This document shows, piece by piece, positions 32,478 through 41,254 of a stretch of DNA of 53,613 nt. A program made the translations under genes and the position numbers. The stretch spans positions 1 to 53,613 of IMG/VR virus record IMGVR_UViG_3300042868_001142. One strand, 5' to 3'. Positions within the stretch are counted from its first letter, which is position 1, and each line of letters opens with the position of its first letter. This DNA is from a virus. Lineage: Duplodnaviria; Caudoviricetes. A model generated the notes under the pieces. It was not told where the DNA came from. It did not search any database and saw only the letters and a program-made list of their open reading frames with translations.

Positions 32478-32675
32478 TTAGACGTTAACGGTCTGCTTTG
32501 CGAGGTCATACATAGACCAGCAATCCCTGCTAGACCAGTGCGCGAGGTCGTCAGGGTCTGCAACGATGCGCGCAACTTCGCGTAACACGTAATAGTTGGA
32601 CCAGTCATCTTCAGCGCGAGGGAATTGGTATTGCAGCCAACGCTCAAAAAAGTTCATGTAGTCTGTGTGGGTCAT
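32478..32675 (-). CDS. Hypothetical protein, first gene after the leftward promoter
   Basis: 65 aa, SD AGGAG. Confidence 0.6.
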   Translation of the reverse strand: MTHTDYMNFFERWLQYQFPRAEDDWSNYYVLREVARIVADPDDLAHWSSRDCWSMYDLAKQTVNV

Positions 32676-32707
32676 GTCGTTTGCTCCTAGTGAGTTGGTG
32701 ATCCATC

Positions 32708-32752
32708 AGTGTAAAGAAATCCCTTGCAACTGTGAACTAGGGATAAACCCTA
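32708..32752 (-). promoter_or_regulatory. Leftward promoter with an adjacent palindrome
   Basis: TTCACA(32736-31)-17nt-TACACT(32713-08); TAGGG-ATAAA-CCCTA at 32738..32752. Confidence 0.5.
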
Positions 32753-32994
32753 ACCAGCTTGGCGCGCATGTTGACGCGAAACGATGCCTCGCCAGCGCGC
32801 ACGTAAACGACACCCTTAGGCGTGCGCTGATGCACCTCAACAGGGGCGGGCAAAGCTGGCGCGGCGGCCAAGCTGATGACCTCAAGCTGACTGCGCGTGA
32901 GATGGCCGCGCACATGAAGCACAGACAACAGATCGTAGAGATGGTGTCGATCGTTGACGTGCGGGAGAGATAGCAAGGGGGCTTTTGTGGGCAT
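32737..32994 (-). CDS. Hypothetical protein
   Basis: 85 aa, SD GGAG, own promoter upstream. Confidence 0.5.
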   Translation of the reverse strand: MPTKAPLLSLPHVNDRHHLYDLLSVLHVRGHLTRSQLEVISLAAAPALPAPVEVHQRTPKGVVYVRAGEASFRVNMRAKLVRVYP

Positions 32995-33025
32995 GTTGCG
33001 CTCCAGGTGGTTGATAGGAGCGCAA

Positions 33026-33064
33026 ATAATACGCTAGATCGTAGAAATACGCAACAGCGTATTT
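33026..33064 (-). promoter_or_regulatory. Leftward promoter whose -35 lies in a palindromic operator
   Basis: TTGCGT-17nt-TATTAT; AAATACGC-AACA-GCGTATTT at 33045..33064. Confidence 0.55.
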
Positions 33065-33066
33065 TA

Positions 33067-33480
33067 TGGGGTCATGGATTGTTGCGGTTTGGTCGTGTTG
33101 GCGAGGCGAGATGACCCATGATCGTCTCCAATAGAAATGGGGTCTGTTGGGTCAAATTGTCATCTAGAGTATAGGTAATAGTAAGAGAGAGATATATTGT
33201 ATACAGTATGGTGTACAGCCTCGACTGCACCGGCGCCGCCAGCCGCCGCAAAGGGGGTCGCTTAACTTCAACTCGGTGACAAAATGACCTAAATGACCCA
33301 AAGCCGCCCGGCCCCCCTTGCCCGTTGGGTCATCTGGGTCATGGCCCGGTCATGACCCAAATGACCCAAGCCTTGCGCCCAGGTGCTAGCCAGCCGATCA
33401 ACCTTGAGCCGCGTGACAAACTGACCCAAATGACCCAAAGCCCGTGACCGGCCGGCCATGTGAGTGAGTGCCCACTGACC
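33067..33480. repeat. Iteron-like (A)TGACC(CA) repeats in both orientations; candidate origin or packaging region
   Basis: more than 10 copies, often as 10-nt-spaced pairs, e.g. ATGACCCAAATGACCCAA and TGGGTCATCTGGGTCAT. Confidence 0.75.
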
Positions 33481-33481
33481 A

Positions 33482-33508
33482 GGGGGGAGGGGGGGAGGGG
33501 GGAGGGGG
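33482..33508 (+). other. G-quadruplex-forming motif G6-A-G7-A-G6-A-G5
   Basis: four G tracts separated by single A. Confidence 0.65.
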
Positions 33509-33607
33509 CCGGCGGGGCGAAGGTCACAGCAGCGGAGGGGCTACAAACAATTTATTTTTTGCTAGAAATCCACAGCACCAAACAATTTTTCTTTTTTCAA
33601 AAATTTT

Positions 33608-33616
33608 TGGTATATT
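33608..33616 (+). promoter_or_regulatory. Extended -10 promoter for terS-R, probably giving a leaderless mRNA
   Basis: TG-G-TATATT ends 6 nt before the ATG; no SD; A/T tracts upstream. Confidence 0.5.
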
Positions 33617-33622
33617 CCGCGC

Positions 33623-34087
33623 ATGTTTGAGACTTTGCCGTATGAGCCGCGTCAGTTGCGTGCGACTGAGGATCGGCTCCATCGCATATACAAGGCTGCC
33701 AAGCGCGGCCTCAAGGGCGACGCTCTCGCGTTGGCCGCCGGCATGTTGCCCAAGGAGTACCAGCTACTCAAGCAGTTCGACGAGATCGCGGAGTACGCCG
33801 AACTCAAGGGCCGCGCCGAGGGCGAGATGGAGATGAGCGAGTTGCTGCACCAGGCAGCGCAGCAGGGCGACGCCAAGGCGGCGCTGGCAATCTTGCAGAA
33901 CGTCCACGGCTGGGTGGCTAAGCAAGCCATCAGTGTGGACGTCAACCAGCAGATCAGCATCACGGCGGCGCTACAGGAGGCGCAGCGCCGCGTACTGGAC
34001 GTCACCGACGTAGAGGCTATCAATGAAAATACTTCTGTGGATCGCCTTATTTCTAGCAATCATCTGGCTCGTCAGCCCGCTGTTTGA
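33623..34087 (+). CDS. terS: Terminase small subunit, module R
   Basis: 154 aa directly upstream of terL; GD.KAALAIL...HGW, ISI..AL.EA..RV. Confidence 0.7.
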   Translation: MFETLPYEPRQLRATEDRLHRIYKAAKRGLKGDALALAAGMLPKEYQLLKQFDEIAEYAELKGRAEGEMEMSELLHQAAQQGDAKAALAILQNVHGWVAKQAISVDVNQQISITAALQEAQRRVLDVTDVEAINENTSVDRLISSNHLARQPAV

Positions 34088-34093
34088 TCTGTA

Positions 34094-35623
34094 ATGCAGA
34101 CCACACGCTACAGCGCGCAGGACGAGCAAGAGCTAATGGCTCGGCTGTGGTCGCCGGCCATCAAGGACAACCCGCTCGCGTTCGTGATGTTCGCGTACCC
34201 GTGGGGCGTCAAGGGCACGCCGCTGGAGCACTTCACTGGGCCGCGTAAATGGCAGCGCGAGGTGCTCGCGACTATGGCCGAGCACATCAAGCAGAACGGC
34301 GGCCGTCTAGATTTTGATGTGCTGCGCCTGGCAGTCAGTTCGGGCCGTGGTATCGGCAAGTCGGCGCTAGTCAGTTGGATCACGGACTGGATGCTGTCCA
34401 CGCGGATCGGCTCGACGACCATCATCTCGGCCAACAGTGAGTCGCAGCTCAGGTCAATCACCTGGGCCGAGTTGACAAAGTGGCTGGCGATGTCGATCAA
34501 CAGCCACTGGTTCGAGGTGTCAGCCACCAGGCTGATGCCGGCCAAGTGGCTTACCGAGCTAGTCGAGCGCGATCTGCGAAAAGGCACCCGTTACTGGGGC
34601 GTCGAGGGGCGGTTGTGGTCGGCGGAGAACCCCGACGCCTACGCTGGCGTACACAACTTTGACGGCGTGATGGTGATTTTTGACGAGGCGTCGGGTATTG
34701 ACGACTCGATCTGGGCCGTAACGAGCGGTTTTTTCACAGAAAACACGCCAAATCGTTTTTGGCTGGCGTTTTCCAACCCGCGCCGCAACACGGGGTACTT
34801 CTACGAGGCGTTTAACAGCAAACGCGAGTTCTGGAAGTCGAAAATCGTGGACGCAAGGACGGTCGAGGGCACCGACAAGCAGGTCTACGAGCAGATCATC
34901 GCGGAATACGGGCCGGACAGCAGCCAAGCGCACGTCGAGGTGTACGGTCAGTTCCCCAACGAGGGCGACGACCAGTTCATCAGCATCGGCATCGTGGACG
35001 CGGCGATGAAGCGGCAGCCGTACAAGGACGAATCGGCGCCGATTGTGGTGGGCGTAGACCCGGCGCGGTTCGGGGCGGACGCGACCGTCATCGCCGTGCG
35101 GCAGGGGCGGGACATTTTGAAGCTGATCAGGCACCGGGGCGACGACACCATGACGGTGGTCGGGCACGTCATCGACGCGATCGAGGAGTTCAAGCCCACG
35201 CTGGTCAACATCGACGAGGGCGGGCTGGGCGCGGGCGTCGTGGACCGGCTCAAGGAGCAGCGGTACAAGATCAGGGGCGTGAACTTCGGCAACAAGGCCA
35301 AGAACCCGATCATGTACGGCAACAAGAGGGCGGAAATCTGGGGTGAGATGCGCGACTGGCTCAAGTCGGCCAGCGTGCCAAACGACAGGTTCTTGAAGTC
35401 TGACCTGATTTCGCCTAAGATGAAGCCCGATTCTCGTGGTACGATCTACCTAGAGTCCAAAAAGGACATGAAAGCCCGTGGTTTGGCAAGCCCCGACGCA
35501 GCCGATGCAATAGCGTTGACGTTTGCCTTCCCTGTGGCGCACCGCGAGATGCGCGAAGACAAGCAGCGCACCGCGCGGTCGATGGGCTACGGTACTGTCT
35601 CAACCTCATGGATGGGGGCGTAA
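34094..35623 (+). CDS. terL: Terminase large subunit, module R
   Basis: Walker A SGRGIGKS, Walker B IFDEASG, FSNP, GVDPARFG.D, SPD.ADA. Confidence 0.93.
   Translation: MQTTRYSAQDEQELMARLWSPAIKDNPLAFVMFAYPWGVKGTPLEHFTGPRKWQREVLATMAEHIKQNGGRLDFDVLRLAVSSGRGIGKSALVSWITDWMLSTRIGSTTIISANSESQLRSITWAELTKWLAMSINSHWFEVSATRLMPAKWLTELVERDLRKGTRYWGVEGRLWSAENPDAYAGVHNFDGVMVIFDEASGIDDSIWAVTSGFFTENTPNRFWLAFSNPRRNTGYFYEAFNSKREFWKSKIVDARTVEGTDKQVYEQIIAEYGPDSSQAHVEVYGQFPNEGDDQFISIGIVDAAMKRQPYKDESAPIVVGVDPARFGADATVIAVRQGRDILKLIRHRGDDTMTVVGHVIDAIEEFKPTLVNIDEGGLGAGVVDRLKEQRYKIRGVNFGNKAKNPIMYGNKRAEIWGEMRDWLKSASVPNDRFLKSDLISPKMKPDSRGTIYLESKKDMKARGLASPDAADAIALTFAFPVAHREMREDKQRTARSMGYGTVSTSWMGA
35393..35421 (+). promoter_or_regulatory. 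Candidate internal promoter in the 3' end of terL-R
   Basis: TTGAAG-17nt-TAAGAT in a local AT-shifted stretch. Confidence 0.4.
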
Positions 35624-35883
35624 TGGCGAAAAAAGGCGTGTCTCTTAGCGTTGGACGGGGCGAGAAGCTACCCGTCAGCAAGGGCGCGGGCCTGACCGCC
35701 AAGGGCCGCGCCAAGTACAACGCAGCCACCGGCTCCAACCTCAAGCCGCCGGCGCCCAGCCCCAAGACTAAGGCCGACGCTGGCCGCAAGGCGTCCTTCT
35801 GTGCCCGCATGGAAGGGGTCGTCAAGAACGCCAAAGGCGACGCCGAGCGCGCCAAGGCATCACTCAAACGATGGAAGTGCTAA
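35623..35883 (+). CDS. Small basic DUF6321-like protein
   Basis: GAGLTAKGRAKYN...SFCARM...RWKC; TAATG coupling to terL. Confidence 0.7.
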   Translation: MAKKGVSLSVGRGEKLPVSKGAGLTAKGRAKYNAATGSNLKPPAPSPKTKADAGRKASFCARMEGVVKNAKGDAERAKASLKRWKC

Positions 35884-35885
35884 TC

Positions 35886-36041
35886 ATGGCTACCAAACCC
35901 GGACTCTACGCTAACATCCACGCCAAGCGCGAGCGCATCAAAGAAGGCTCGGGCGAGAAGATGAGGAAGCCTGGCTCGCCTGGCGCGCCGACCAACAAGG
36001 CGTTCAAACAGTCGGCCAAGACGGCCAAGAAGGGCAAGTAA
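35886..36041 (+). CDS. Small basic protein (51 aa, MATKPGLYANIHAKR...)
   Basis: hand translation; TAATG coupling downstream. Confidence 0.65.
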   Translation: MATKPGLYANIHAKRERIKEGSGEKMRKPGSPGAPTNKAFKQSAKTAKKGK

Positions 36042-36178
36042 TGCCGCTCGTCAAGTCTGCTAGTAAGGAAGCCTTCCGCAAGAACGTGAAGGCTGAAGTC
36101 AAGGCTGGCAAGCCGGTCAAACAGGCCGTTGCCATCGCATATGCTGTCAAGCGCGCTGCGCCGAAAGGAAAGAAATGA
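36041..36178 (+). CDS. Small basic protein (45 aa, MPLVKS...KQAVAIAY)
   Basis: hand translation; coupled at both ends. Confidence 0.65.
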   Translation: MPLVKSASKEAFRKNVKAEVKAGKPVKQAVAIAYAVKRAAPKGKK

Positions 36179-36360
36179 GCAAGCACCTCGAACCCATCAG
36201 CAAACTCAACGCTCGCGAGCCGAAGATGTCCGGCGGCGGGATGCCCGACCGCAACAAAGAGACGTACTCCAAGATGCCCGGCATGGGCTGCCACGGTAGC
36301 ATTCCCGCAGGCAACAACGTCAAAGCGACCGTTGCCAAGGTTCTGAGCAAGATTAAGTGA
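36175..36360 (+). CDS. Small basic hypothetical protein
   Basis: 61 aa, ATGA coupling, SD AAAGGA. Confidence 0.6.
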   Translation: MSKHLEPISKLNAREPKMSGGGMPDRNKETYSKMPGMGCHGSIPAGNNVKATVAKVLSKIK

Positions 36361-36362
36361 CT

Positions 36363-38543
36363 ATGGACTACACAGGAATCGCCGCTGCTGGCGCGGTCAG
36401 CGAAGGCGGCTCGGCCAAGGACAAGAGCGACTCCGAGGTGCTCTCGACGGCCCGCAGCCGCCTGAACATGGCGATTTCTGCGCTGTCTGAGTCGCGTGAG
36501 GACGAGCTAGACGACCTGCGCTTTTACGCCGGCTCGCCCGACAACCACTGGCAGTGGCCGGCCGACGTGCTGGCAACTCGCGGTGCGGTGCAGGGCCAGA
36601 CGATCAACGCCAGGCCGTGCCTGACGATCAACAAGCTGCCGCAGCACGTCCATCAAGTGACCAACGAGCAGCGGCAAAACAGGCCGCAGCCCAAGGTGAT
36701 CCCGGCCGACGACGGCGCTGACGTCGAGGTGGCGGAAATCTTCAACGGCATGATCCGGCACATCGAGTACATCTCGGACGCCGACGTGGCCTACGACACC
36801 GCCTGCGAGAACCAAGTGTCTTACGGCGAGGGCTACGCGCGCATCTTGACCGAGTACTGCGACGACAACACGTTCGACCAAGACATCAAGATCGGGCGCA
36901 TCCGCAACTCGTTTAGCGTCTACATGGACCCGCTGATCCAAGACCCGTGCGGCTCCGATGCCCGCTGGTGCTTCATTACCGAGGACATTCCCAAGGACGA
37001 GTACGAGCGCCAGTACCCGGACGCTGCGCCCATCACCACGCTGCAAACGCTGGGTGTGGGCGACCAAGGCTTTAGCCAGTGGATGAACGAAAACACGGTG
37101 CGGATCGCCGAGTATTTCTACATCGAAAACACCAAAGAGACGCTCAACCTGTACCCCGGCAACGTCACGGCGTTCCAAGGCACGCCCGAGGACAAGATGC
37201 TGCGGATGCAGTTTGGCAAGCCCCTGCGCTCGCGCCCGTCTGACCGCAAGAAAGTCAAGTGGCTCAAGATCAACGGCTACGAGGTGCTGGAGCGGTCCGA
37301 CTGGGCTGGCTCGCACATCCCGGTGGTGCGCTGCGTGGGCAACGAGTTTGAGGTTGAAGGCCGGCTGTACGTCAGCGGCCTCGTGCGTAACGCCAAAGAC
37401 GCGCAGCGCATGTACAACTACTGGACGAGCCAAGAAGCCGAGATGCTGGCCTTGGCCCCCAAGGCGCCGTTCATCGGCTACGGCGGTCAGTTCGAGGGCT
37501 ACGAGATGCAGTGGAAGACTGCAAACACCCAGAACTGGCCCTACCTTGAGGTCAACCCGGACGTCACCGACGGCGCAGGCGCCGTGCTGCCGCTGCCCCA
37601 GCGCGCAGCCCCGCCGCTGCCCCAGACGGGTCTGATCCAGGCCAAGATGGGCGCGTCTGACGACATCAAGAACACGACAGGCCAGTACAACGCATCGCTG
37701 GGCCAGACGTCCAACGAGCGCAGCGGCAAGGCCATCCTAGCCCGTCAGCGTGAGTCGGACACCGGCACGTACCACTACGTGGACAACTACGCTCGGTTCA
37801 TCCGCTACATCGGCCGGCAACTGATCGACCTGATCCCGAAAATCTACGACACGCAGCGCATCGCCCGCATCGTCGGCGAGGACGGCCAGTCTAAGATGGT
37901 CAAGATCAACCCGATGCAGCCCGAGCCGGTCAAAAAGATCGTCAACGAGCAAGGCATCGTGGTCGAGAAAATCTACAACCCCGGCGTCGGCAAGTACGAC
38001 GTCATGGTTATCACTGGCCCCGGCTTTGCCACCAAGCGCCAAGAGTCGCTTGAAGCAATGGCCCAGCTACTGCAAGGCAACCCAGACCTCTGGCGTGTGG
38101 CTGGCGACCTGTTCGTCAAGAACATGGACTGGCCGGGCGCTCAGGAAATGTCGCAACGCTTTGCCAAGGTAATCGATCCGGCCATCATCGGCGACGACGA
38201 GGACAACCCGGCACTGGCAGCGGCCAAGCAACAGATGGAGGCCATGAACCAAGAGATGCAGCAGATGGCCGGCATGTTGCAGAACGTGCAGAAGTCAATG
38301 GAAGCGCGTGATCTGTCGATCAAGGAGTTCGAGGCTGAGATCAAGGCGTACCAGGCCGAGACGCAGCGCATCAGCGCCGTGCAGGCCGGCATGACCGAGC
38401 AGCAGATTCAAGACATCGCTATGGGCGTTGTAGCCGCTGCGATGGAGAGTAATAACCTGAACGCGCAGATGCCTGATATGCAGCCCGAGATGCCGCCGTC
38501 AGAGATGATGCAGCCAGAGATGCAACCAGGAGCTATGCAATGA
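36363..38543 (+). CDS. Portal protein, P22 gp1-like, module R
   Basis: DDLRF..G..QW, RPCLTINKL, SGKAILARQ, IPKIYD..R..RI.G, GKYDV....GP...TKRQE. Confidence 0.9.
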   Translation: MDYTGIAAAGAVSEGGSAKDKSDSEVLSTARSRLNMAISALSESREDELDDLRFYAGSPDNHWQWPADVLATRGAVQGQTINARPCLTINKLPQHVHQVTNEQRQNRPQPKVIPADDGADVEVAEIFNGMIRHIEYISDADVAYDTACENQVSYGEGYARILTEYCDDNTFDQDIKIGRIRNSFSVYMDPLIQDPCGSDARWCFITEDIPKDEYERQYPDAAPITTLQTLGVGDQGFSQWMNENTVRIAEYFYIENTKETLNLYPGNVTAFQGTPEDKMLRMQFGKPLRSRPSDRKKVKWLKINGYEVLERSDWAGSHIPVVRCVGNEFEVEGRLYVSGLVRNAKDAQRMYNYWTSQEAEMLALAPKAPFIGYGGQFEGYEMQWKTANTQNWPYLEVNPDVTDGAGAVLPLPQRAAPPLPQTGLIQAKMGASDDIKNTTGQYNASLGQTSNERSGKAILARQRESDTGTYHYVDNYARFIRYIGRQLIDLIPKIYDTQRIARIVGEDGQSKMVKINPMQPEPVKKIVNEQGIVVEKIYNPGVGKYDVMVITGPGFATKRQESLEAMAQLLQGNPDLWRVAGDLFVKNMDWPGAQEMSQRFAKVIDPAIIGDDEDNPALAAAKQQMEAMNQEMQQMAGMLQNVQKSMEARDLSIKEFEAEIKAYQAETQRISAVQAGMTEQQIQDIAMGVVAAAMESNNLNAQMPDMQPEMPPSEMMQPEMQPGAMQ

Positions 38544-38905
38544 GCACCGCCGCCAACTTTATGGGCGTCTTGTTCTTGGCCCGCGACGTGGCCCATTCAG
38601 TGCATCTGAACACGCGCAGCTACTCTAAGCATGTGGCGCTTAACATTTTCTATGACCGCATCATCGGCGCGGCTGACGACTTTGCCGAGGCGTACCAAGG
38701 CCGTCACGGTCTTATCGGGCCAATCACTTTGCACTCGGCCAAGAAGACATCCAACATCATCGAGTTCCTTGAAGCATCGCTGGCCGAGGTTGAGGAAATG
38801 CGCTACAAGGTGGCGAAAAAAGAAGACTCATCGTTGCAACAGTTGATTGATAATATCGTCGAGATATATCTGCGAACGCTGTACAAACTCAAATTCCTCG
38901 CATAA
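38540..38905 (+). CDS. Ferritin/Dps-like four-helix protein (DUF5856-like)
   Basis: AH..HL.T.SY.KH.AL..FY......D.FAE.YQG, TLYKLKFL. Confidence 0.7.
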   Translation: MSTAANFMGVLFLARDVAHSVHLNTRSYSKHVALNIFYDRIIGAADDFAEAYQGRHGLIGPITLHSAKKTSNIIEFLEASLAEVEEMRYKVAKKEDSSLQQLIDNIVEIYLRTLYKLKFLA

Positions 38906-38914
38906 GGACGCATC

Positions 38915-39181
38915 ATGGCACTTTACAGACAAGGCAACGCCGACGCCCAGATCAAAATTGGCGGCGGTAAGCTCTTCGGCGTGTTTATTTCCAGCACCTC
39001 TAGCGGGACGTTTGCTCTGTACGACAGCGCCACGGCCAGCACCAGCGATCCTAAGATTGCAAACACCGTGACGGTAGCTGCCGGTACTCAGTACATCAGT
39101 TTCCCGCCCGGCATTTGGTTCAGCAAAGGTCTGTACATCGACATTGCAAACACCATCGAATACACTGTCGTCTACGAGTAA
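38915..39181 (+). CDS. Small beta-rich virion protein
   Basis: 88 aa, SD AAGGA; resembles 4980..5264. Confidence 0.6.
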   Translation: MALYRQGNADAQIKIGGGKLFGVFISSTSSGTFALYDSATASTSDPKIANTVTVAAGTQYISFPPGIWFSKGLYIDIANTIEYTVVYE

Positions 39182-39230
39182 TCTCCAAACTGTACTGGCC
39201 CAGTAGACCAGGGTTCCTACGGAACATGAA

Positions 39231-40022
39231 ATGACTGAAGAAGTCCAGCAAGCCTTAGCGGAAGTTGAATCCGCGCCAGCACCCGAGGCGACGGCCGCCC
39301 CGGAAAGTGCACAAAACGCGCCGGAAGTAGTTGAGAATCAACCCGAGCAGACGCCCGAGGAGAAGAAATTCACCCAGGCTGAGATCGATGCGATGATCAG
39401 CAAGCGCCTTGCCAGAGAGCAGCGCAAATGGGAACGTGAGCAGCAGGCAAAACTTGCACAACCGCAAGCGCCGAAAGAAGTCCCGCCTATCGAGCATTTC
39501 GAGTCGCCTGATGCCTACGCGGAAGCGTTGGCGGTCAGAAAGGCCGAAGAACTGCTTGCGCAGCGTGAGTTCCAGAAGCAGCAGGCTGAGATTAACGACG
39601 CCTATCACGAGCGTGAGGAAGAAGCTAGGGCCAAGTACGACGATTTTGAACAAGTCGCCTACAACCCGCAGCTTCGCGTCACCGACGTGATGGCCGAGAC
39701 AATCAAGGCGTCCGACATGGGGCCGGACCTAGCCTACTGGCTGGGAACCAACCCGAAGGAAGCTGATCGCATTTCCCGTCTGTCACCTCTTTTGCAGGCT
39801 CGTGAGATTGGAAAGATTGAGGCCAAACTTGGCACCAATCCGATCGTAAAACCAACAACGTCTGCGCCCGCACCGATTTCGCCTGTTACCGCACGAACCA
39901 GTGGAAGCTCGTCCTACGATACAACTGACCCTCGCTCTGTGAAGGCCATGAGTACGTCGGACTGGATTGAAGCTGAACGTGCCCGGCAGATGAAAAAGCT
40001 GCAAGCGCAAATGAACCGCTAA
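39231..40022 (+). CDS. Scaffolding protein, module R
   Basis: acidic N-terminus, FTQ.E.D...KRL.RE, coiled coil, GP.LAY.L..NP.EA.RI; directly before the coat gene. Confidence 0.8.
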   Translation: MTEEVQQALAEVESAPAPEATAAPESAQNAPEVVENQPEQTPEEKKFTQAEIDAMISKRLAREQRKWEREQQAKLAQPQAPKEVPPIEHFESPDAYAEALAVRKAEELLAQREFQKQQAEINDAYHEREEEARAKYDDFEQVAYNPQLRVTDVMAETIKASDMGPDLAYWLGTNPKEADRISRLSPLLQAREIGKIEAKLGTNPIVKPTTSAPAPISPVTARTSGSSSYDTTDPRSVKAMSTSDWIEAERARQMKKLQAQMNR

Positions 40023-40043
40023 AACTTTGAAAGGACTCGCATC

Positions 40044-41252
40044 ATGGCGAATAGCATTCTTACCATTGACATGATCACGCGGAAGGCTCTGGAGATTCTG
40101 GAGAACAACCTCGTGCTCACCCGTAACGTGAACCGTCAGTACGACGACAGCTTCGCTGTTGAAGGTGCCAAGATCGGTTCGACTCTGCGTATCCGTCTGC
40201 CTGACCGCGCTCTGGTCACCGACGGCGCGGCCCTGCAAGTTCAGGACGACAACGAGCAGTTCACCACCCTGACTGTTTCTTCACAGAAACACATCGGCGT
40301 GAACTTTACCTCTGCCGAACTGACCATGCAGTTGGACGACTTCGCAGAGCGTGTCTTGAAGCCTCGTATCAGCCAGTTGGCCTCGTCCATCGACGCCGAC
40401 GTGGCAAACAGCTACAAGTACATCGGCAACACCGTTGGCACGCCTGGCTCTACCCCCAGCACCTCGCTGGTTCTGCTGCAAGCCCAGCAGAAGCTCAACG
40501 AAAACGCTGCTGTGATGAGCCCGCGCTACGCAACCGTTAACCCGGCTGCCAATGCTGGCCTGGTTGAGGGCATGAAAGGTCTGTTCAACCCAACCGACAC
40601 CATCAGCAAGCAGTTCAAGAACGGCATGATGGGTATGGGCGTGCTGGGCTTCGACGAAGTCAACATGTCTCAGTCGATCAAGCAGTTCACCACCGGCTCG
40701 CGCACCGCTACCGGCGGCACCCTGTCGGCTGCTGTGACTGCCGAAGGCGCAACCACCATCGCCATCACCGGCGCCGGTGCTAGCGCTACCGTCAAGATCG
40801 GCGACGTGTTTACTGTTGCTGACTGCTTCGCTGTAAACCCGCAGACCCGTGAATCCACTGGTTCGCTGTTCCAGTTCGTCGCTGCTGCTGACGTGACCCT
40901 GAACGGCTCTGGCGCTGGCAACATCACCGTGGCTCCGATGTACTCGGCCAACCACGCGCTGGCTACTGTGGACGTTCTGCCGCAGAACAGCAAGGCTGTG
41001 GTGTTTGTGGGCGCGGCTTCCAGCCAGTACGCTCAGAACTTGGTCTACCACAAGGACGCGATCACCTTTGCTACCGCCGACCTGCTCCTGCCGCAAGGTG
41101 TGGACATGGCCGCTCGCGCCGTTCACAATGGCATCAGCTTGCGCGTTGTTCGTCAGTACGACATCAACAACGACCGTATGCCCTGCCGTATTGACGTGCT
41201 GTACGGCTACAGCGTGATTCGTCCTCAGATGGGCGTTCGCCTCTGGGGTTGA
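40044..41252 (+). CDS. Major capsid protein, P22 gp5-like, module R
   Basis: KIG.TLRIR.P, LDDF.ER.L.P, I.LR...QYD......CR.DVLYG....RP. Confidence 0.9.
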   Translation: MANSILTIDMITRKALEILENNLVLTRNVNRQYDDSFAVEGAKIGSTLRIRLPDRALVTDGAALQVQDDNEQFTTLTVSSQKHIGVNFTSAELTMQLDDFAERVLKPRISQLASSIDADVANSYKYIGNTVGTPGSTPSTSLVLLQAQQKLNENAAVMSPRYATVNPAANAGLVEGMKGLFNPTDTISKQFKNGMMGMGVLGFDEVNMSQSIKQFTTGSRTATGGTLSAAVTAEGATTIAITGAGASATVKIGDVFTVADCFAVNPQTRESTGSLFQFVAAADVTLNGSGAGNITVAPMYSANHALATVDVLPQNSKAVVFVGAASSQYAQNLVYHKDAITFATADLLLPQGVDMAARAVHNGISLRVVRQYDINNDRMPCRIDVLYGYSVIRPQMGVRLWG

Positions 41253-41254
41253 TC

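Noticed and set aside
33067-33480. Repeats as a CRISPR array
   Set aside because: Units are 7-10 bp, in both orientations, without regular unique spacers
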